A stretch of 33,443 bases of DNA from Barthelona sp. PAP020 (taxonomy: Eukaryota). The translations under genes and the position numbers were made by a program. Positions 29,801-33,443 of the stretch are shown here, piece after piece. Below the pieces are notes generated by a model, which did no database searches, was not told the DNA's origin, and saw only the letters and a program-made list of their open reading frames with translations. Location of the stretch: contig JARQWU010000097.1 in NCBI GenBank assembly GCA_040182905.1, positions 1-33,443 on the forward strand, read 5' to 3'. Positions within the stretch are counted from its first letter, which is position 1. Every line of letters starts with the position of its first letter.

Positions 29801-30247
29801 AATACGATACCTTGTCATCGATAATTCATAATTATATAATAAAAAACTAAAAGTGATGAAAAAAAACTTCGAAATTTTGAATAATATCGAATAGTATTGG
29901 GTTTCAGTTTCAATTGAATCAAATAATATATGAAAATTATCAAACTTTAAATTTATATTGTTATTAAAGTCATTCCATTTCAATTTAGATCTATTTTTGG
30001 AATTTTTTAAAATTTTTTTTGTTTTTATCTCTTCAGTTAATAAATTAAAGATATATTCATATATTTCAAATAAAAAATCAACAGAATTCTTAATGTTATG
30101 TTGACTTACACTTTTAATCAATCGAAAAGCATCACATTGATAATTTTCATCTAAATCTTTTTCATCTTTTTGTAAAAATTGTAAAAAATCTATTAAATAT
30201 CCTTCTTTAAATGATTTTAACAATTCATTAAATATTATCTGACTCAT
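23819..30247 (-). CDS. Furry/TAO3/MOR2-like HEAT-type scaffold protein
   Basis: 2142-aa helical protein. YPQLIFVTCSLLQT...F...INLLQKILLNLDFNNP...PLFCKGLLS matches the MOR2-PAG1 C-terminal pattern. Confidence 0.7.
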   Translation of the reverse strand: MSQIIFNELLKSFKEGYLIDFLQFLQKDEKDLDENYQCDAFRLIKSVSQHNIKNSVDFLFEIYEYIFNLLTEEIKTKKILKNSKNRSKLKWNDFNNNINLKFDNFHILFDSIETETQYYSILFKISKFFFITFSFLLYNYELSMTRYRINDVIKYFINLYTCVFASEIQLGRLNVFSSKILAKLNILLEDEENFLIFEKIIFETLPIHDRKIDNFLKYLPFIEYLNIGVISLVGFFSKRLNDSKTFLIDTNEYFLTSMQQINSFKQIQMKFAKNFLLHGISLKYNDHTIDCQLLSKIKHYMTKTPYILCAFEAFSSLDYIELSDYLNEVYYLLLRNIHNTELLLSILLIEKAYFQRILFDNSTDLHEIDNDSNNGLNGLNTHNQHIDGTIIENDIDVNVYLILEKHFVDLIGLEVMKEKDQGDIRFYSSVNDILLLISRKEYFADLVSQFCFGLGISLKSKGIYICLKFINQVNINILESYVSSIIKKNFNEIWNLYINLERNDLVFIKDITKNLMIGTNSAFDCEDWLIDHIRTLCFTCYDRLIHEHRLLSEDFVNNDLVLMVNCVFSKNYTLATAAKNLLLKCSSSKMSTILYLFCQRLILINPFHFARIKSTQYSSKQNDNNCDLLQYLSYLEQLVEASFLVSAYSTSSSASASTLSNNPQKQMPQPQSIHLQNDYLSKSICLALLSHPLTSIRERCLSILSLLGFNLSTLIFPSTMKSFIAVRQLLDVYGVGYTSKTSKYLNINVNNSRNSSSLNQNSPFTEVEDRLDSDSNDSPENISSNMSSVDSHMELIRKLLLQDIDYTNIQTVAELNECICFHVLLLVNIFHRVDDSDVFGSISTILLFYQHMFEAHCDVVDTSFVMLKTSIYGEIFRLLAAVCSEPLLFSFLPFPPIFDFSQYYLEMNDCHSDLHVEVLRSEIFGYVHQTQICSLLELLHPYITTMDTSFATSFESRTTSPMPLSSCKVEQSSMSRSVMNSGVNSSVPLVNFNSGNSAIKMDIHKKTMFLSMIRSFIDNNVHFEAIDIDLLHGFVRDFPINDFWTDPSIALQASNICKILLIIKKHDQDKSPSASSFQTKFNDFMKSYCRICLKILLLNDSSDSDVVGDNLEIIRGQSPFYVSVIEILGTFIIQTCDMIIFGRDSYDEGVLRFFDKFILVENLKYSFIHLFSRLFDKSKQLTLHLLNNLFSANNQRLSQSYLNIYLHAFELTTVFRLDSFVYCLLIILTDMNHSMENFNILTNLLLYKLVERKKITSNTSLYGSFNQLDVGIALSSQIESFTQKSSRNNNELGNMVRCLIPSGSYNQEKLFIYLLDNLRVCTHTQWWDVILDYLVILAENFCLTAPIFEKLFKLGFSFKLSQFTRMDKYLTVIRCLATNSNNIEIILFLLMKEMLKLLKIFKHLDDWEQQLLIDPLYLLLLDIAEIIINEESTAFVGLTATTMLRELLLPSIGRRICVRLTVDQSLKQYRGRLHYFADDTSDDLLTTFTGHSFDDYEHKEKGGLAIEVLILLISLISSSNLMNIVLCDHVASVLIYSSLLCFDSGSITVVNSAKKVLIETVTAVVKSTITANYKSSLDDFSSEFLNFNGISELNRFVNFIHCYNTIKTQEERMENIFEVKSSAELTKHLNSLSFYQLLSSIVKLCDSTILEQLYDLCLCMGQLLIDDLTYSFGTNELIFLIKLLLSLRALLTTNELKPKSCKVLSYFLSFIPKLISDESSSLHYMCLATLLDLLMLVVENTKKEILLYPQLIFVTCSLLQTKLSQIFSFSINLLQKILLNLDFNNPLTQDILIQSIKHSIPPPFPLFCKGLLSEYSIIDTFSTIKKLSTLIHLNILTDISSIPEIIIILNIWGWYYALIKNSFNNILSEKSTRILLTNQDIMMFESMIIECESKKNEIFEIIITTCDCITNNNIINYDSLKVLICRCINNEYSGDINGLKSYMQGFSNFLIKYSPLQKLQYWLSFPLAIISGFTTNNVFINSDAFKLISFVLLRNIFVEIHLSSENPIFPEKEFIPLVKSLKNYISNANGTYNEQSIALHFSSQHLGDIFPKSLKSFNFGICFVANVCELTESLICLSVQPVDNRDEINSLESTEQIDAVLREFSCVQKLENTELKKRRHAIISSLHQASQKLMLILDQQEN

Positions 30248-30781
30248 AAGGCATATTAAACTATTCTAAAGAATTATTTTTTTTTTGCTTTTCTTATTTT
30301 TCCTTATTTTATTCTATAATTTCATTCAATTTGTTTTTTACAACATTTATTTTATGTAATATTGAGTTGATTATTAAAAAAAAATGGAATTATTAACTTT
30401 TACAATTTCATTTCCATTTCATTCTTCAAATCCCAAATTTACACTTTAATTCCATTATCTCATAATTTATTTGTAAATATATCATTTATTTTCTAAATTT
30501 AAACTTCAACAAAATTCTACAGAAAGGTCATTTTCTAAAATAGCTTCCCCAAAAAAAAAATACATCAAAAAGATACCAATTAACATTTATACATAAAAAA
30601 TTAATTATTATCACTGGTTTTTTTTGGTTGATTTTTTTGGATTCCTTTCCTTTCAGAAAAGGAGAAGATCTGATTATTGAACAATTTTTGGTTTCTTTAA
30701 TTTTGTTGTCTATCAATCTTGTTAATACTGTTTAATTATTTTTTACAATTCAATATAGATACTAGATAACTTTTTTTTCCA

Positions 30782-31195
30782 ATGCGAATTTTTGTACCTT
30801 TTTTAGTCTTTACTGTTTTTGAATCATATAATAATTTTGCAAAAATTAATATACGATGCAAACATCCTGATTGTAACTTTCTTCCATGTAACAATTCTTT
30901 TTTTATGAAAGCCCTTGCTCATTGTTATTCTTCAAATCCTTTTTTTGAGGGATTAATGACATTGTTAAGGAATTCATCATCAAATGAATGGAATAATGTA
31001 ACGAATGATACCATTATGGATGTTCAATTACTTTGTCATTCCGGTAGACAAGGAGAACCTCGGTGGAGTTCTGATATTGGTTATTTTGATGAAGATTTTC
31101 TTGATGCAGATTATTTGGTAAAGTTTAATAATACCCAAATACCTGCCACCATTGAAATCAACAAATCAATGGAACTCGATATATCTCCTTGCTAA
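30782..31195 (+). CDS. Hypothetical protein, Cys-containing, possibly secreted
   Basis: 137-aa ATG ORF in otherwise empty AT-rich space, with a hydrophobic N-terminus. No family recognised. Confidence 0.55.
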   Translation: MRIFVPFLVFTVFESYNNFAKINIRCKHPDCNFLPCNNSFFMKALAHCYSSNPFFEGLMTLLRNSSSNEWNNVTNDTIMDVQLLCHSGRQGEPRWSSDIGYFDEDFLDADYLVKFNNTQIPATIEINKSMELDISPC

Positions 31196-31319
31196 ATTGT
31201 GTTTTTGAATACAATTTGCTGAATTAAATTTATAAATAGCCTAATTTATTTGTTCTCTTTTTCGTCAGCAAAAAAAAACAGATGCTTAAAAATTTATCAG
31301 TAAAAATTATAAAAGAAGG

Positions 31320-32768
31320 TTAAACCTTTTGATAAGATGAATGGTTTGAAAAGTTGTTATTATCAGAAAGCAAAGGTTGCTGGTAAGAATTTTGATATTG
31401 TCGTTGAACACGACTTTGGTTTCTTGGTAGTGCTTGAGGTGGGCAACAAATGGCACGACAACAACATACACAACAACAGAGACAAGCAGCACATATAACA
31501 AAGAGAATTATGAATAAAAAGATAATCAAGGGCCAATTTGTGTGAGAAACTAAAGGAACAAACTTAACGCAAGGAGTCTCGGGTAAAGACTCAACATCAA
31601 CGGTATTATCAATGGTAAATTCCCCTTCACAATACATAGATGGTGAGAAAGGATAATGAGCATTAGCACATTCTTCACTAGAAAATGAAGGAACAGAAGG
31701 AAGCTCTCTGATTCCACAATCTTGATCTCCCCAACCTTCTAAATCCATTGCTAATCTAATATAACCATCGAGTCCCCAACCAGTACCCCAACTATTAAGT
31801 ACTTCCCAATAGGCTGTTTCTCCAGGAACTTTCTTATAACCAACAAGAACAACAGCATGAAGGTGACGGGAATGAGCAGCCAATCCAGCCGGACAGTCTC
31901 TCAAAATCCCCATTTCCTTGGTATAACTCATCCACGGTTCAGCATTAACAACAACTGAAATGGGTCCTAAATTTACAAGGGCAGCCATCATGTCCTCATT
32001 GGATGCAGATGAATCTAAAAGTAGATCTTGGACAAAACCATAACAGGAAGCATGAATGCTATAGTTCATATTCACATCGACACAAGCATCTGTATTAGAA
32101 TCGTATGGAATCTGACATTGAGTCTTAAAAGAATATGGATCTTCAACCTTTGTAGATTCGCTCCAACTTCTATATGCCTGACCTCCATTTGGGGTTCCAG
32201 TTCGACATAAAATGTCTTGAGCAGATAAATAGACTTGCTTACCGGTATGTTTCTTCAAATAGAATTCTGAGACAGCAGCAGAACTTTGAGCAAAACAACT
32301 TCCAATCTCTCCTTGATCTCTAACCAAGAAATTATACTTATCACGCCATGTAAACTCTTCGGGAACATCTTTCCATGTATCCTTTGGTTTCCAATATGTG
32401 ATGTTACGAATCCAATTGGAACCGTCGTAACAATCATCATGAGTCATTCGAGAAATGGAAGAAACAGATGAATTAACAGTGTTAAAAAGATCCTGAGGTT
32501 TTCTAATTTCTTCAAGAAATTCAAACAACTCTGGATGAGAAAAACCATTCAATTCTTCAACAGTTCGATCAAGAATTGGATTATTGATATCTTTAACCAT
32601 TGAATAACGTTCTTTGAATAATTTTTTGCGGCTGAGATACTCAGAAGCTGAAGAATATTCACGATGATGAAGTTCCATAAATTCATTGAAAGAATTTTTC
32701 CTGGTGAAAATATTTTTGCCTTGAACCAATATCAATAACAATAAAACAGTAAACAAAAAATATTTCAT
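31320..32768 (-). CDS. Papain-family (C1A) cysteine protease with signal peptide, I29-like propeptide, C-terminal TM and Cys-rich tail
   Basis: RDQGEIGSCFAQS (catalytic Cys), LHAVVLVGY (His) and YWEVLNSWGTGWGLDGY (Asn). TM WPLIIFLFIILFVICAACL is followed by CCCVCCC. Confidence 0.93.
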   Translation of the reverse strand: MKYFLFTVLLLLILVQGKNIFTRKNSFNEFMELHHREYSSASEYLSRKKLFKERYSMVKDINNPILDRTVEELNGFSHPELFEFLEEIRKPQDLFNTVNSSVSSISRMTHDDCYDGSNWIRNITYWKPKDTWKDVPEEFTWRDKYNFLVRDQGEIGSCFAQSSAAVSEFYLKKHTGKQVYLSAQDILCRTGTPNGGQAYRSWSESTKVEDPYSFKTQCQIPYDSNTDACVDVNMNYSIHASCYGFVQDLLLDSSASNEDMMAALVNLGPISVVVNAEPWMSYTKEMGILRDCPAGLAAHSRHLHAVVLVGYKKVPGETAYWEVLNSWGTGWGLDGYIRLAMDLEGWGDQDCGIRELPSVPSFSSEECANAHYPFSPSMYCEGEFTIDNTVDVESLPETPCVKFVPLVSHTNWPLIIFLFIILFVICAACLCCCVCCCRAICCPPQALPRNQSRVQRQYQNSYQQPLLSDNNNFSNHSSYQKV

Positions 32769-33443
32769 GTTATTTCAATTGAAAAAAAATATCTTGAAAA
32801 AAAATTGTCAATCATGGAAAAAGATTTTCATCTTCATTCTATTTAAAAAAAAAAAAACAAATCATCAGTAAGATATAAATCCAAATCATTGAATGATTCA
32901 AATCAATTATAAAAATATTCCATCTTTTACTAAACCCAAAATTTCCTTTTTGAGAAAACACTTGTTTACGCTTGATTGGATGAAAATAAACTTAAGAAGT
33001 GTGATTTTTGACTGAAGTCTATGAAAATAAATTTCATAGTGAAACAGAGATTTATTAGCATAAAAAACTTTCAAGATTTCACGCTGAATTTTAAAGTGTC
33101 AAATTTGCTCAGTGTTTTGATTGAGATTTGCAATTTTCACAAATACTTGAAAACAGATATAATATTTCAAAATTCATAGGATTTAAAATTTGAATCACAA
33201 AATATTTATATTTCGGAAATATTTGTTAATTATTTGTTCTTACAGCAAAATAATTTTAATGTGGAAGTTTATGCTCAATGAACGGAATTTATTGGAGATA
33301 TAAAGAGGTCATCAAATATCACTTCCTTTGTTTGTTGTTTCTGGACCACCTTTAGGTCCAATTTTTTAAGTTACTTGGGCATCTGAATCCACGTGAGTTT
33401 TTCCCAAACCTTAAGCTAACTCGTTTCGTTGTTCACTGAACAA

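Noticed and set aside
1327..32471. Many short ORFs in the track overlapping larger genes (e.g. 1327-1668, 3130-3423, 4404-4679, 10748-11002, 17231-18245 set, 20661-20966, 25926-26252)
   Set aside because: They are antisense or out-of-frame shadows of well-supported genes, with no independent motifs.

Overview
This is AT-rich, very gene-dense eukaryotic (protist) DNA in the standard genetic code, with TAA, TAG and TGA all ending genes. About 19 protein genes are supported: a 2H-phosphoesterase (ASCC1/AKAP7-like), a tiny ATP6AP2-like membrane protein, a DUF4485/CEP112-like protein, TFIIS, a TRIP4/Rqt4 zinc finger, DBP4/DDX10, NOP56, a divergent ASF1, a VAP-type MSP protein, an RluA-family pseudouridine synthase, CCDC61, AP-3 mu, a Furry/MOR2-like protein, a membrane-anchored papain protease, three WD40 genes (one fused to a protein kinase) and two unknowns. 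Three tiny spliceosomal introns missed by the ORF track (36, 42, 39 nt; GTAT...RCTAAY-N5-6-AG) restore the conserved N-termini of NOP56, VAP and AP3M. This intron style resembles metamonads, but the taxon cannot be fixed from the sequence. The most unusual part is an accessory island at about 14.7-20.3 kb. It holds three copies of a ~77-bp structured repeat, two of which bracket the kinase-coiled coil-WD40 gene as inverted repeats, plus ~500 nt of consecutive G-U-tolerant stem-loops. A second ORF-poor structured block lies between NOP56 and ASF1. All RNA structures were read by eye and family calls come from recalled motifs; neither has been computed or searched.
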